From an uncultured archaeon (GTDB lineage Archaea > Iainarchaeota > Iainarchaeia > JAADDC01), in contig CAZAKL010000002.1 of the NCBI GenBank assembly GCA_964486025.1, positions 2,312 to 66,311 of the forward strand: a stretch of 64,000 nucleotides of DNA. The letters run 5' to 3'. Below the pieces are notes generated by a model that saw nothing but the letters and a program-made list of their open reading frames with translations, ran no database searches and was not told the DNA's origin. The position numbers were made by a program, and so were the translations under genes. This document shows, one piece after another, positions 1-9,115 of this stretch; within the stretch, counting starts at the first letter, position 1, and every line of letters starts with the position of its first letter.

Positions 1-93
1 ACCGTGACGGACATGAGCTTTGGCTCGGAGGACGTGTTCTTTACCGTAACCTCGAGAATTACTGGCTTGCGCTCGGAGAGAACGAGTTTATAG
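1..93 (+). CDS. 3' end of an unidentified CDS truncated by the window edge
   Basis: Frame 1 is open from nt 1 to the TAG at 91-93 (TVTDMSFGSEDVFFTVTSRITGLRSERTSL). Too short to identify. Confidence 0.2.
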   Translation, partial: TVTDMSFGSEDVFFTVTSRITGLRSERTSL

Positions 94-233
94 GGGACGA
101 ACATTGTCGATATGCGCACCATCGCTAATACTACGAAGAACTCAAATAAAAACCTTTGAGCGTGGGAGTGCTGGAGGTGAGGGGATGAGTGTCCCCTCGC
201 CCTCCAGAGCCTCGAGAGGTGAGGCGTATGATG

Positions 234-446
234 TCAGAACTGTATCACCGCCAGTTCCAGCGCCAGCTTCTCCCTCCTGGCAGGTACCTCCTTGTGCATT
301 TTCTTTTTCAGGCAAGTGGTGCAAATCCACTTACCACCGTAATATCGGATGTGCTCCCTGCACACTATGTGCCCGCACTCCGAACATCTCCTCGCTTCCT
401 CGGGGCGAAGAGGAACGCCACATACCGCGCATGTGAGTATCTTCAT
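234..446 (-). CDS. small zinc-ribbon protein (CxxC...CxxC...CxxC), hypothetical
   Basis: 70-aa ORF with three paired-cysteine motifs (CAVCG, CSECG, CTTC). The region also carries overlapping ORFs in other frames, so coding status is uncertain. Confidence 0.3.
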   Translation of the reverse strand: MKILTCAVCGVPLRPEEARRCSECGHIVCREHIRYYGGKWICTTCLKKKMHKEVPARREKLALELAVIQF

Positions 447-497
447 GGCCTTTCATCCTCCTCGCCCCCCTCGCCCGTGGGTATAAGGTTGAGGTCA

Positions 498-505
498 TTT
501 AAATA
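498..505 (+). promoter_or_regulatory. TATA-like box (tttaaata) upstream of the 546 CDS
   Basis: AT-rich octamer about 40 nt upstream of the ATG at 546 in an otherwise GC-rich context. GGAG lies at 538-541. Confidence 0.4.
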
Positions 506-545
506 GTTTTCGCAAGTAAAGTTTTTCTATAGTAAACGGAGCTGT

Positions 546-1064
546 TTGGGGATGATGTTTATGTATAAGCGTTCAAAGAGCGTTCATCCAGAGGCTGCAC
601 TCATACGCAAGGAGTGGACCATCCGTCTTCTGGACCTCCCCCCTGAGATACTCACACGGCGCAGGCAGCTCCTTCGCTGGATTGCTATTTCCCTCGGGCT
701 TATATCTCCGGGTGATGAGCGGGATGCCGTGATAGACGTTCTCGATGCCCTTTTCCACTATATTTATGGCAAGGATGTGGAGCCTAACGTACAGCAAATA
801 CAGTTATTTGTGAACCGGCGCAGGCAGGAGCGCGGGGAAAAGCCCGTTGTCACGGAGGCTATACGTTATCATCTCCGCCGCATAGAGGCCGCTGGAATCA
901 TAGAGAAGACGAAGGCGCGCGGTGGCTCCTACCGCTTTTCCAAGGGCTTTGAGTCTTCCTACGGGGACCCCGCATCCTTTGTCGACGCGGTGTTTCAGGA
1001 CGTCCTCGCGTCGAAGCAGCTCATTGAGAAGGCTGTGCGAAACCTCGCATCGCTTTACAAATGA
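546..1064 (+). CDS. hypothetical protein, possible winged-helix DNA-binding protein
   Basis: 172-aa ORF with an upstream TATA box and a GGAG. C-terminal half (EAIRYHLRRIEAAGIIEK) is wHTH-like. No confident family. Confidence 0.5.
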   Translation: MGMMFMYKRSKSVHPEAALIRKEWTIRLLDLPPEILTRRRQLLRWIAISLGLISPGDERDAVIDVLDALFHYIYGKDVEPNVQQIQLFVNRRRQERGEKPVVTEAIRYHLRRIEAAGIIEKTKARGGSYRFSKGFESSYGDPASFVDAVFQDVLASKQLIEKAVRNLASLYK

Positions 1065-1311
1065 TTGCAGTGAGAATTACAACGGCAGCGGATACGAGAA
1101 GATTCACGTCGTGGGGGAGCATTACATAGGCGAGCGTGAGCGCGGATACAAACAGGGCATGCTCTGTTCTCCTTATTTCTCCCGCTGCTGCGACTCCCAG
1201 TACTGCTGAGACCGCAAAATATCCGTACGGCAGTATTGCGGAAGCGAGACCTGCCACCGCACCCAAGAGCGTCAATACCCCGTAAACCGCCCATCTTTTC
1301 CACGGAATCAT
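1021..1311 (-). CDS. small membrane protein (2-3 TM), hypothetical
   Basis: 96-aa hydrophobic ORF. Its ATG overlaps the stop of the upstream minus-strand gene (ATGA at 1308-1311), suggesting translational coupling. Confidence 0.45.
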   Translation of the reverse strand: MIPWKRWAVYGVLTLLGAVAGLASAILPYGYFAVSAVLGVAAAGEIRRTEHALFVSALTLAYVMLPHDVNLLVSAAVVILTAIICKAMRGFAQPSQ

Positions 1312-1715
1312 CTTGCCCTCACCGTTGCGGCGTTCCCCGCGCGTACATCTAAGATTACGAAGTCAACGCTCGATATTCTTTTTACTGCGTCGATGATTGA
1401 GGATATCGGCTTTAGTGGATTGCTAGCAGTCACCAGAACTCCAATCTCGGGATTCGCTACAAGAATCTCGGCAACGGCGCCGAGTATTTCTCTTTCACTC
1501 CCGTACTCCACGTTTATGGCAAGGAATAGGGTGTTTCCGTCTTTCCACCCGCAGTCCACCTTTGCTCCGTTGTGCCGCAGATTCTTCACGCCCTTGAACC
1601 CCATTTCCTCCGCCAGCTTGCAGAAGTAATCCATGACTGCCTCTTTGTCAAAGGGATTGCTTACCTCGTTTCTAAGCCGCCTTACGTCTGAGAGCATCCT
1701 GACGAGCGGGTCCAT
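1308..1715 (-). CDS. hypothetical protein (135 aa)
   Basis: Clean ORF divergent from the AMMECR1 gene, coupled to the downstream small membrane ORF. No recognisable family. Confidence 0.55.
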   Translation of the reverse strand: MDPLVRMLSDVRRLRNEVSNPFDKEAVMDYFCKLAEEMGFKGVKNLRHNGAKVDCGWKDGNTLFLAINVEYGSEREILGAVAEILVANPEIGVLVTASNPLKPISSIIDAVKRISSVDFVILDVRAGNAATVRAR

Positions 1716-1746
1716 GTTTTAATGGTGTTCACCCCATTTTATATTC

Positions 1747-2346
1747 GTGGCACACTTCAGCGATTCTGAGGGCGAGTGGCTGGTTCGGACAGCGCGCAGG
1801 GTGCTGGAGCGATTTTTTGAGACAGGAAGTGTGGAGTATTATGAACCACCCACGGAAAAGCTCAAGCAGCCGTCTGGCGTCTTCACGACAATCAAGAAAT
1901 TCCCCTCTGGCGAGTTGAGGGGTTGTATTGGTTATCCCGAACCTATAAAACCTCTTTACGAAGCTTTATCGGAGACAGCAGTCCTTGCCGCCACTGATGA
2001 CCCCCGTTTCCCGCCCATGACTGAGGATGAGCTGGGCCGCGTTGTCATTGAGGTCAGCGCCCTGACGCCGCCGAGGCGTCTGGATGTACCGAGGGAAGAG
2101 CTCCCCAAGCACATACAGATTGGAAGGGATGGTCTCATATTGCGCTATGGTCCGTACTCTGGTCTACTTCTTCCCCAGGTTCCCGTGGAAGAGGGCTGGA
2201 ACGCGGAGGAGTTTTTGGCGTATACTGCCCTTAAGGCGGGCCTCCCCCCCGATGCGTGGATGTGGCCCGACACGCATATATATGTCTTTCAAGCAGAGGT
2301 ATTTGCCGAGGAGAAGCCAAAGGGTCCCGTCAAGAGGGTGATGTGA
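1747..2346 (+). CDS. AMMECR1 domain protein
   Basis: RGCIGYPEP motif and overall AMMECR1 signature. GTG start at 1747. 199 aa. Confidence 0.85.
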   Translation: MAHFSDSEGEWLVRTARRVLERFFETGSVEYYEPPTEKLKQPSGVFTTIKKFPSGELRGCIGYPEPIKPLYEALSETAVLAATDDPRFPPMTEDELGRVVIEVSALTPPRRLDVPREELPKHIQIGRDGLILRYGPYSGLLLPQVPVEEGWNAEEFLAYTALKAGLPPDAWMWPDTHIYVFQAEVFAEEKPKGPVKRVM

Positions 2347-2792
2347 TGAGAAGAGACAGGGTTCTAAACCTCGTAGCTCTTATTACCCTTGTATTCATCA
2401 CGCTTGACCTTTTCCTCATAGCCCTGGAGCTTTGGGGGATTCACACAGGCTTTGTGCAGGTGTTTGAGAAGGAGGGGCACATTACGCTGGTGGGCAGTGA
2501 TTTAATCGTCTTCATTTTCTCCGTACCGATTGCCATACTGCTCGAGCAGCTCTGGGAGCGGGAGAAGTGGGCGTGGTTTGGAGAGGGCAAGCACCCGAGA
2601 AAGAACGTGTTTGCCATCTTTCTGGTGCTAATACTCATTCTGTCCTTCGCTGTGCTCATAGGGGGCTTCAACGCCTGTGCCGATGCGTGCCAGCAGGTAA
2701 GCGGCTGCACCGTTGGCTACTATCCTTTCAAGGTCGAGATTATATATTCCTGCAGGCAGATTATTCAGCCACAAGGACTACCCGCAGGATAG
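2346..2792 (+). CDS. integral membrane protein (4 TM), hypothetical
   Basis: ATG at 2346 overlaps the AMMECR1 stop (TGATG). Hydrophobic segments throughout. Confidence 0.6.
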   Translation: MRRDRVLNLVALITLVFITLDLFLIALELWGIHTGFVQVFEKEGHITLVGSDLIVFIFSVPIAILLEQLWEREKWAWFGEGKHPRKNVFAIFLVLILILSFAVLIGGFNACADACQQVSGCTVGYYPFKVEIIYSCRQIIQPQGLPAG

Positions 2793-3324
2793 CGTTCCCG
2801 TCGATGGTTATCGTTGCATCGGAGGCAATGTCCTGCAGGTTTCCGCACACCTGCACTTTTCTTGACTCGCCTGAGTACAGGGTCGTTTTCTTCGCATCTC
2901 CGCTTACGCCCTTCCCTACAATCTGGATTGTAAACGTCTTCTGCACGTTTGTCGTGTTCTCCATCATCACGTCTATACAGAACCGCCCGCTCACAATGTA
3001 CAGAGCCTGTGCCTCCACCCTTATTCCATCGTACTCAGCGGAGACGTGCACGTCCTTGATGCTGTCGTAAACGGTGTTCAGAATCTTTGTCAAGTTCCTC
3101 ACGGTTGCCTCTAGGTACGCTATTCTGCTTTCCAGCTCCTGATTCTTATTTATTTGCACTTCCAGGGCTTTTTTTGCAAGCCCATACTTTGTTTCCATAG
3201 CTTTAATGCGGTTCGCGGCGCTGGACTCCGCTATCGAGTAGCCCAGAGCGTAGAATACGGGGGCTGCTATGAGCAGCCCTGCGACGAAGTATGCCAGTGG
3301 TTGACGGAACTTACTGACCTCCAC
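2761..3324 (-). CDS. membrane-anchored coiled-coil protein, hypothetical
   Basis: N-terminal TM (YFVAGLLIAAPVFYALGY) followed by a heptad-like coiled-coil region. 187 aa. Confidence 0.55.
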   Translation of the reverse strand: MEVSKFRQPLAYFVAGLLIAAPVFYALGYSIAESSAANRIKAMETKYGLAKKALEVQINKNQELESRIAYLEATVRNLTKILNTVYDSIKDVHVSAEYDGIRVEAQALYIVSGRFCIDVMMENTTNVQKTFTIQIVGKGVSGDAKKTTLYSGESRKVQVCGNLQDIASDATITIDGNAILRVVLVAE

Positions 3325-3574
3325 CTACCTCTTCCTCCGACGGTATTTCTCCCACCGGAATTTCAATCGTCCTAACGTCTCCGTCTGGTGTCTTGTAGAT
3401 GACTGTGATTGTGCCGACTGCCTCCTTCGCGTCGGCGAGCTGCTGCAGCCAGTCGAGCTGGCTCTTTTTCATGACCGTTATCATGCCCTTGAATATCGCG
3501 TCGACCGGCTCAAATCCCGCGCTCTTGAGCATCTCAAGCGTCTTGATTACCTCTTCACTTGCCTTCATATTCAT
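3311..3574 (-). CDS. small hypothetical protein (about 87 aa)
   Basis: Internal ATG at 3574 (MNMKASEEVIK...) is preferred over the upstream alternative start. A shared AT-rich divergent promoter region lies at 3580-3610. Confidence 0.4.
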   Translation of the reverse strand: MNMKASEEVIKTLEMLKSAGFEPVDAIFKGMITVMKKSQLDWLQQLADAKEAVGTITVIYKTPDGDVRTIEIPVGEIPSEEEVGGGQ

Positions 3575-3626
3575 CCCCAAATAAAATACGCGTCTTCTCC
3601 TTAAAACCTTCCACTCATGAACATTC

Positions 3627-5009
3627 GTGGACGGCTTCTTTCGCCTGGCCGAGCGGTTGGCAGACGTGGTGCGCAAGTGGGACGATATTTTGGTTGTTGG
3701 GCACTACGACGCCGATGGAATCACGTCAACGGCAATCCTCGTCTCTGCATTGCGCTCCTTGGGGAAGGAAGTGCGATTCGTGAACCTAAAGCAGCTCTAC
3801 TCCGACGAGCTGGACCGTGTTGCGGACGCAGGAGAATACTTTATCTTCGCGGATATGGGCGTCGGGCAGCTACCTCTCCTGCGCGAACGCCTCGAAAAGC
3901 CCTTCATCATATTAGACCATCACCAGATTCCGCCGGGAGAGGACTATCCACTCCTTTTGCACCCTCACATCTTTGGAATGGACGGGGCACGCGAAATCAG
4001 CGGGGCGGGCGTTGCATATGCCCTCTACCGTGCCCTTACAGGGAAAACAGACATGGCACATGTGGCGGTTGTTGGTGCCGTTGGAGATGTGCAGCTGGTG
4101 GGCAATCAGCTCGTTGGCTTTAACCGGGAGGTTCTTCTCCGCGATGCCATAGCCTCTGGGAAGCTCTTTGCCTACAGGGACCTCGCTCTCTACGGACGCG
4201 CATCCCGCCCACTCCCCTACATGTTCCTCTACTCCTCCGACCCGATACTTCCCGGCCTGACGGCCAACGAAGAAGCGGTTTTTGACTTTCTCCGTTCTGC
4301 TGGTATAGAGTACGTTCGAGACGGCGTCTGGAGACATTACGTGGACTTAAGCGAGGACGAGAGAAGGCGATTGTTCTCGGAGTTGGCAGTGTACCTTTCG
4401 CGGGTTGGCTGGAGTGAGGAGAGGATTCTGCGGCTTATAGGCGAGGTCTACGAGCTGAGCGGAGAGGACAGGCATTCTCCCCTCTTCGATGTTAGGGAGT
4501 ACGCAACGCTTCTCAACGCCTGCGGTCGTCACGGCCAGCCGGAGATAGGGGTGGAGGTCGCCCTCGGGGACAGGGATGAGTGGTATAGAAAGGCACTCCA
4601 CCTCCTCTCTGAGCACCGTGAGGCTTTGCGGAGGGGGATAGAGTGGGTTGAGCGCTCGGGTCTGGATGAGCTCCCTCACTTATACTACTTCCACGCAAGG
4701 GACGCCATTCCCCCATCTCTGGTGGGCATTGTGGCGGGTATGCTCTACGGTTCCGGTATCGTCCCTGCCGACAGACCCATCGTTGGCTTTGCCTATGACG
4801 AGGGGGAGTACGTGAAGGTATCTGCCCGTGCCAGTGGCGACCTCGTCAGAAAGGGCGTAGACCTATCCGTTGCTGTGCGGCGGGCTGCGGAAGCGGTTGG
4901 CGGCGAGGCGGGCGGGCACAAGCCGGCGGCAGGTGCCAGAATAAGGAGGGGGGAGGAGGAAGAGTTCCTGCGTGCTCTTGATGAAGAGATTGGAAAACAG
5001 ATTACTTGA
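3627..5009 (+). CDS. archaeal RecJ-like DHH phosphoesterase (GAN/Cdc45-like 5'-3' exonuclease)
   Basis: DHH family motifs are present: HYDADG, DHHQIP and a C-terminal GGH. 460 aa matches archaeal GAN/RecJ size. GTG start. Confidence 0.85.
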   Translation: MDGFFRLAERLADVVRKWDDILVVGHYDADGITSTAILVSALRSLGKEVRFVNLKQLYSDELDRVADAGEYFIFADMGVGQLPLLRERLEKPFIILDHHQIPPGEDYPLLLHPHIFGMDGAREISGAGVAYALYRALTGKTDMAHVAVVGAVGDVQLVGNQLVGFNREVLLRDAIASGKLFAYRDLALYGRASRPLPYMFLYSSDPILPGLTANEEAVFDFLRSAGIEYVRDGVWRHYVDLSEDERRRLFSELAVYLSRVGWSEERILRLIGEVYELSGEDRHSPLFDVREYATLLNACGRHGQPEIGVEVALGDRDEWYRKALHLLSEHREALRRGIEWVERSGLDELPHLYYFHARDAIPPSLVGIVAGMLYGSGIVPADRPIVGFAYDEGEYVKVSARASGDLVRKGVDLSVAVRRAAEAVGGEAGGHKPAAGARIRRGEEEEFLRALDEEIGKQIT

Positions 5010-5781
5010 TACGCTCCAGCCCGTATTCCTCTACGATTTCCGCCAGAATCTTTTTTATTTCGTCGGGGACTCCGTGCATCGCGTAGTACCTCGGTTTCGG
5101 GACGGTTCTTTCCACGGCTTTTCGTAGCATGTACTCGTCCGCGAAGGGGAATGCATACTTTGGGAGCATGTGCCCGAATGCCACTCCCTTTTTAAGGGCA
5201 ATCTGTGTGAACCTTGGCGCGTAGTGCCCCCCGCCGATGCCAATTGCCGCGGGCGCATTTATGGGGTTCAACGCAGCCATGATTGCCTCGCCCACAATTT
5301 CTGCAGCATCTTCTCTTACCCACTGCTCCTCAGTACTGCCAATTTCGACGAACATTACAGGGGTATCCAGCGTCGGCCCGTGGTGCGTTACCTCGTACGA
5401 GACGGAGAACCCTTCGAGGGGGTGCCCCGCCAGGTACTTGAGTGCTGCGAGCATGTGCTGGGCAGGGGCATAGGACAGGGTTCTGCTCTGTCCACCGTAG
5501 AGGGCATCGCCCCAGTTTCCCGTTGTGTGGACTGTGAGGCATGGAATACCCGATTCTGCGGAGTGTCGGGACGCTACGATGTATAGGTCGGAGGGATACC
5601 TTTCTTCCAGCCAGTCGGCGTATATGTGCTCCGAATCGATGATTATGAGGTCTGCGTTCCCGTACTTAAAGACGTGGTAGTTGCCGAAGGTCTTGTCCGT
5701 CTTTTCGAAGTAGTTTTCGGTCAGATATTCGCCTATATTGACGGACGCCGGGTCCTTCTTTGAAACGACGATGGTGGGCAT
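5002..5781 (-). CDS. dtdA: D-aminoacyl-tRNA deacylase, archaeal type (DTD2/DtdA)
   Basis: Full-length similarity to archaeal DTD2 (about 260 aa; DPASVNIGE N-terminus, GGGHYAP motif). Start placed at the internal ATG (MPTIVVSKKDPASVNI), which avoids a divergent start-codon overlap. Confidence 0.8.
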   Translation of the reverse strand: MPTIVVSKKDPASVNIGEYLTENYFEKTDKTFGNYHVFKYGNADLIIIDSEHIYADWLEERYPSDLYIVASRHSAESGIPCLTVHTTGNWGDALYGGQSRTLSYAPAQHMLAALKYLAGHPLEGFSVSYEVTHHGPTLDTPVMFVEIGSTEEQWVREDAAEIVGEAIMAALNPINAPAAIGIGGGHYAPRFTQIALKKGVAFGHMLPKYAFPFADEYMLRKAVERTVPKPRYYAMHGVPDEIKKILAEIVEEYGLERIK

Positions 5782-5831
5782 GTAGGGAAGATAAACCGAA
5801 ACCCTTTGAAATGGGGATGCCATATTTCTGT

Positions 5832-6260
5832 ATGCACGTGCCCCGCATCGTAAAGATACTCTTCGTCGTCGTTATTCTCCTTGGGGCTTGGCAGTTTCTA
5901 CATTCCCGAGGTAACGCTTCCGAGCCAGAGTCCGAGGGGGAGGGCGGTGTACGACTCACCGCGCCACTCGAGGTGTTTGCAGACGGCGTTGTTCATGATA
6001 TCTACTCCGAGGCCGTTCTTTTCATGCACCACGGCTCTCCAGTAGGGGGAAGAATGGCGTATTTCCTCTATTATCGGCCGATTCCCGATTCTCCGCACAG
6101 GATAATCGAGTACCTCCGTTCTGCAGATGCGAATATACTGAGAAGCGTTTCTGGGGATAATTGGTACGTTTCTGCCACTCTGCCCTTCGAGGGAAACTCG
6201 GTAACCGTGGATTTCTACCCTGACCGCGAAAAGAACGCCCTTGTGGTCATGGTGCGCTGA
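5832..6260 (+). CDS. signal-anchored hypothetical protein
   Basis: N-terminal hydrophobic segment IVKILFVVVILLGAWQFL. No recognisable family. Confidence 0.4.
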   Translation: MHVPRIVKILFVVVILLGAWQFLHSRGNASEPESEGEGGVRLTAPLEVFADGVVHDIYSEAVLFMHHGSPVGGRMAYFLYYRPIPDSPHRIIEYLRSADANILRSVSGDNWYVSATLPFEGNSVTVDFYPDREKNALVVMVR

Positions 6261-6262
6261 TT

Positions 6263-9007
6263 TTAACCCCAAAACATCTTAGTCCTGTAGTAGTTCCTCT
6301 CAGCCTCCAGCAGCGCCCGCCAGAACTCTTCCTCGCTATACGGTACCCGCAGTATCCTTGCAGCCGTTTGGGAGCCGATTCCCGTCACCGCCATCGCTAT
6401 TACAGCCTTCTTTCCAAAGGACTTGACGAGCTCAGCGCTGCGTATGAGCTCCGTCATCTTTCTCTCCTCGGATTTCTTCAGTCTCTTCTTCTTAAGGAGC
6501 TCCCTCGCCTTTTCTACGTCATATACCACTGCCATTAGAGGTGAGCCGCACCTTGGGCATCTCGGATGCTCGGGGACGTCCTTGACTGTGTATACGTGTT
6601 CTGCACCGCAGGATATGCACATGAGCGTCACTTTCTTCTCAAGGACGCGATTCTTGAAAAGTTCCAGTATTGTGTGCTCCGGTGTGTCCGGGTTAACGAG
6701 TTCCGGTACCTGAAGCGCCTTTGAGAGCTCCATTTTGCCCAGTTTGCCTATTCCCTTTCTTACTGTTATACGTGTCCTGCCCGAGCGTACGCTGTCGAGC
6801 ATTTCCTTTACGGATTCTACGTCGAGCTTCTCCGTGTAGAGCTCTTTCAGCGTTTCCCTGTAGACGGGAGAGTCGACGAGGGCATCGATAAGGCGCCTCA
6901 CGTTTATTTTATCCAGCTTTGCACTCTTCGATATGAGGCCGAAACGCTTCGCCACGTGTATGAATCGCCACTTGAAAAGGTTCGTCTTCGTTATGTGGTT
7001 TTCAAGTATGATTTCAAGTACCTCGGGGTCCACAGTTCGCAGTATCTTCTCAATTTCCCCTGCGTCGAAGCCCGGTGTGGGGAATTCAAGAACTATTGCG
7101 TAGGGCGATGAGAACACGCGTATAGGGATGCCGTAGCGCCTCGATATCTCCGCCGCTAAGAGCCGGGATAGGGTGGTGTTTCCCCTTGAGCCAAGGGGAA
7201 CGTGTATTACGACGTACTCTTCGCTTTGCTCTATTATGATTTCGTTCTCACCGGGGACGTTCTTGAAGACGTCTCTAACGTGCTCGATGTCCCTTACATC
7301 CGCGACATCCCCTATCGTTTCCATCTTGTTTGCAATCCTCCGCCGCTCTCGCCAGACTTCCTCTGCCACGCTTTTGTGGACGGGTATCATCTCGCCTATC
7401 CATGCGGGAATTGCACCGACAAGGCTCTCCGACGGCTCAACGTATACCTTTTGCTCCTCTATGGAGACGACGCGCCACGGCCTGCCCTTTACCACAAAGA
7501 CCGTTCCACTCTCCAAGTACGACGTAACGAAATCCTCGTCAAGGAATGCCACTCTCTTCTGCGATACCGTGTCTATGACAGAGAAGCGCTCCTGGTCGGG
7601 TATCATGCTTAGGTTGTAGTAATAGTAGCGCCAGCTGTCCCTCGACTTTGTTATGCGGTCTCCGCGTATGCGCAGGAAGCGTTCCGATTCCAGCTGCTTG
7701 ACAACCTCCCAGAACTCCTCTTCTGATAATTTCTCGTACGGTTGTGCCCGTGTTACAATCTCGTAGGCATCTCTTAGGCTAATTTCACCCCAGTCCATGA
7801 GTATTCCGACAATCTGGTGTGCCAAAACGTCATATGCCTTCTCTTCCTGCTCTATTGGCTCCAAACGCTTGCTCTGGGCAAGCTTGGCTATCACCGACGA
7901 CTCCACGAAGTCGTTTTCGTCCAGCGCTATGATGTATCCTATGGACGGCCTGTCCCAGCGGTGCCCCGAGCGGCCGACCCTCTGTATGAGGCGTGCCACT
8001 TGCCTCGGCGAGCCGTACTGAACAACCGCGTCCACCTCTCCAACGTCTATGCCGAGTTCCATGCTGCTCGTGGCGATGAGGTGCTTTATCTCGCCCGACT
8101 TGAACGTTTTCTCAACGGAAAGGCGCACGTCTTTTGACAGCGAGGAGTGGTGGACATCGGTCCTGTCGTGGAATGCAGAGAAGTAGAGGGAGAGCTGCTC
8201 CGCCATGTTTCGCGTGTTTACGAACGTGATGACCTGCTTGTGCCTGTCCACGATTTCCTTCAGCACCTTTACGCGCGCAAGCACGTCTGGCGACATTCCC
8301 AGCGACTGTGCCTCTCTCCTCGTCCTCCCGTCCGGAATGGGGTAGAATACGTGGATACGGTAATCCTTGCGCATGGACACGTCTATAATCTCTGCCGTCC
8401 TACCCTTTCCCGCCAGAAACCGCGCTACGAGCTCGGGGGAACCCACCGTGGCAGAGAGGCCTATGCGCTGGAATTCCCTGCCGGTCTTTTCGCGTAAGCG
8501 TTCCAAGGCTATCGCGAGCTGGTATCCTCTTTTCTCTGCTACAAGCTCGTGTATCTCGTCAATTATGACGTATCTTACGTTCTCAAGATGTTTGCCCATC
8601 TTCTCTGCGGGCAGCATTGCCTGGAGGGATTCTGGAGTGGTTATGAGTATGTGAGGAGGCTCATTGGCCTGCTTCGACCTCCTGTACTGGGATGTGTCCC
8701 CGTGGCGGACGTCTACTTTGAACCCGAGCTGCTCCCCCCACCACTTTATTCGCTCGAGCATGTCGCGGTTGAGGGCACGGAGCGGCGTTATGTATAGCAA
8801 CGTTACCGGCTTTGCATCCTTTTCGAGCATCTCGGCGAGAACAGGAATTAACGCAGCCTCCGTTTTTCCAGAACCTGTCGGTGCGATTATGAGGACGTTT
8901 TTACCGTCGCGAATGGGCTGGTATGCCTTCTTTTGCACCTCTGTGGGCTCCTTTAATCCTTTCTTCCGCCAGAGCTCCAGTATCTTTTCCTCAGCCATCC
9001 GCACCAT
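6263..9007 (-). CDS. lhr: Lhr-family ATP-dependent helicase (superfamily 2)
   Basis: 914 aa. Walker A PTGSGKT, DEIH box, SAT, and a long C-terminal extension typical of Lhr-core helicases. Confidence 0.9.
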   Translation of the reverse strand: MVRMAEEKILELWRKKGLKEPTEVQKKAYQPIRDGKNVLIIAPTGSGKTEAALIPVLAEMLEKDAKPVTLLYITPLRALNRDMLERIKWWGEQLGFKVDVRHGDTSQYRRSKQANEPPHILITTPESLQAMLPAEKMGKHLENVRYVIIDEIHELVAEKRGYQLAIALERLREKTGREFQRIGLSATVGSPELVARFLAGKGRTAEIIDVSMRKDYRIHVFYPIPDGRTRREAQSLGMSPDVLARVKVLKEIVDRHKQVITFVNTRNMAEQLSLYFSAFHDRTDVHHSSLSKDVRLSVEKTFKSGEIKHLIATSSMELGIDVGEVDAVVQYGSPRQVARLIQRVGRSGHRWDRPSIGYIIALDENDFVESSVIAKLAQSKRLEPIEQEEKAYDVLAHQIVGILMDWGEISLRDAYEIVTRAQPYEKLSEEEFWEVVKQLESERFLRIRGDRITKSRDSWRYYYYNLSMIPDQERFSVIDTVSQKRVAFLDEDFVTSYLESGTVFVVKGRPWRVVSIEEQKVYVEPSESLVGAIPAWIGEMIPVHKSVAEEVWRERRRIANKMETIGDVADVRDIEHVRDVFKNVPGENEIIIEQSEEYVVIHVPLGSRGNTTLSRLLAAEISRRYGIPIRVFSSPYAIVLEFPTPGFDAGEIEKILRTVDPEVLEIILENHITKTNLFKWRFIHVAKRFGLISKSAKLDKINVRRLIDALVDSPVYRETLKELYTEKLDVESVKEMLDSVRSGRTRITVRKGIGKLGKMELSKALQVPELVNPDTPEHTILELFKNRVLEKKVTLMCISCGAEHVYTVKDVPEHPRCPRCGSPLMAVVYDVEKARELLKKKRLKKSEERKMTELIRSAELVKSFGKKAVIAMAVTGIGSQTAARILRVPYSEEEFWRALLEAERNYYRTKMFWG

Positions 9008-9115
9008 ATATATTCCTCCTCCAAAACCATTATCTACGTGCCACCCTCATCGCTCAAAGAGCGGCGCCGCTTCTACAGCTCCTTTGACGCTAGTTCTGCC
9101 TTCTCTTGGGCAAAG

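Noticed and set aside
104-506. Overlapping plus-strand ORFs (110 aa, 105 aa) at the window start
   Set aside because: They overlap each other and the more plausible Cys-rich minus-strand mini-ORF. No family signal. The region may be mostly the 3' UTR and promoter for the 546 gene.
5782-5823. Upstream alternative starts for the D-aminoacyl-tRNA deacylase (to 5823) and for the divergent gene (5760/5811)
   Set aside because: They would give a divergent start-codon overlap with no promoter space. Internal ATGs (5781 and 5832) match family N-termini (DPASVNI) and the signal-anchor start.
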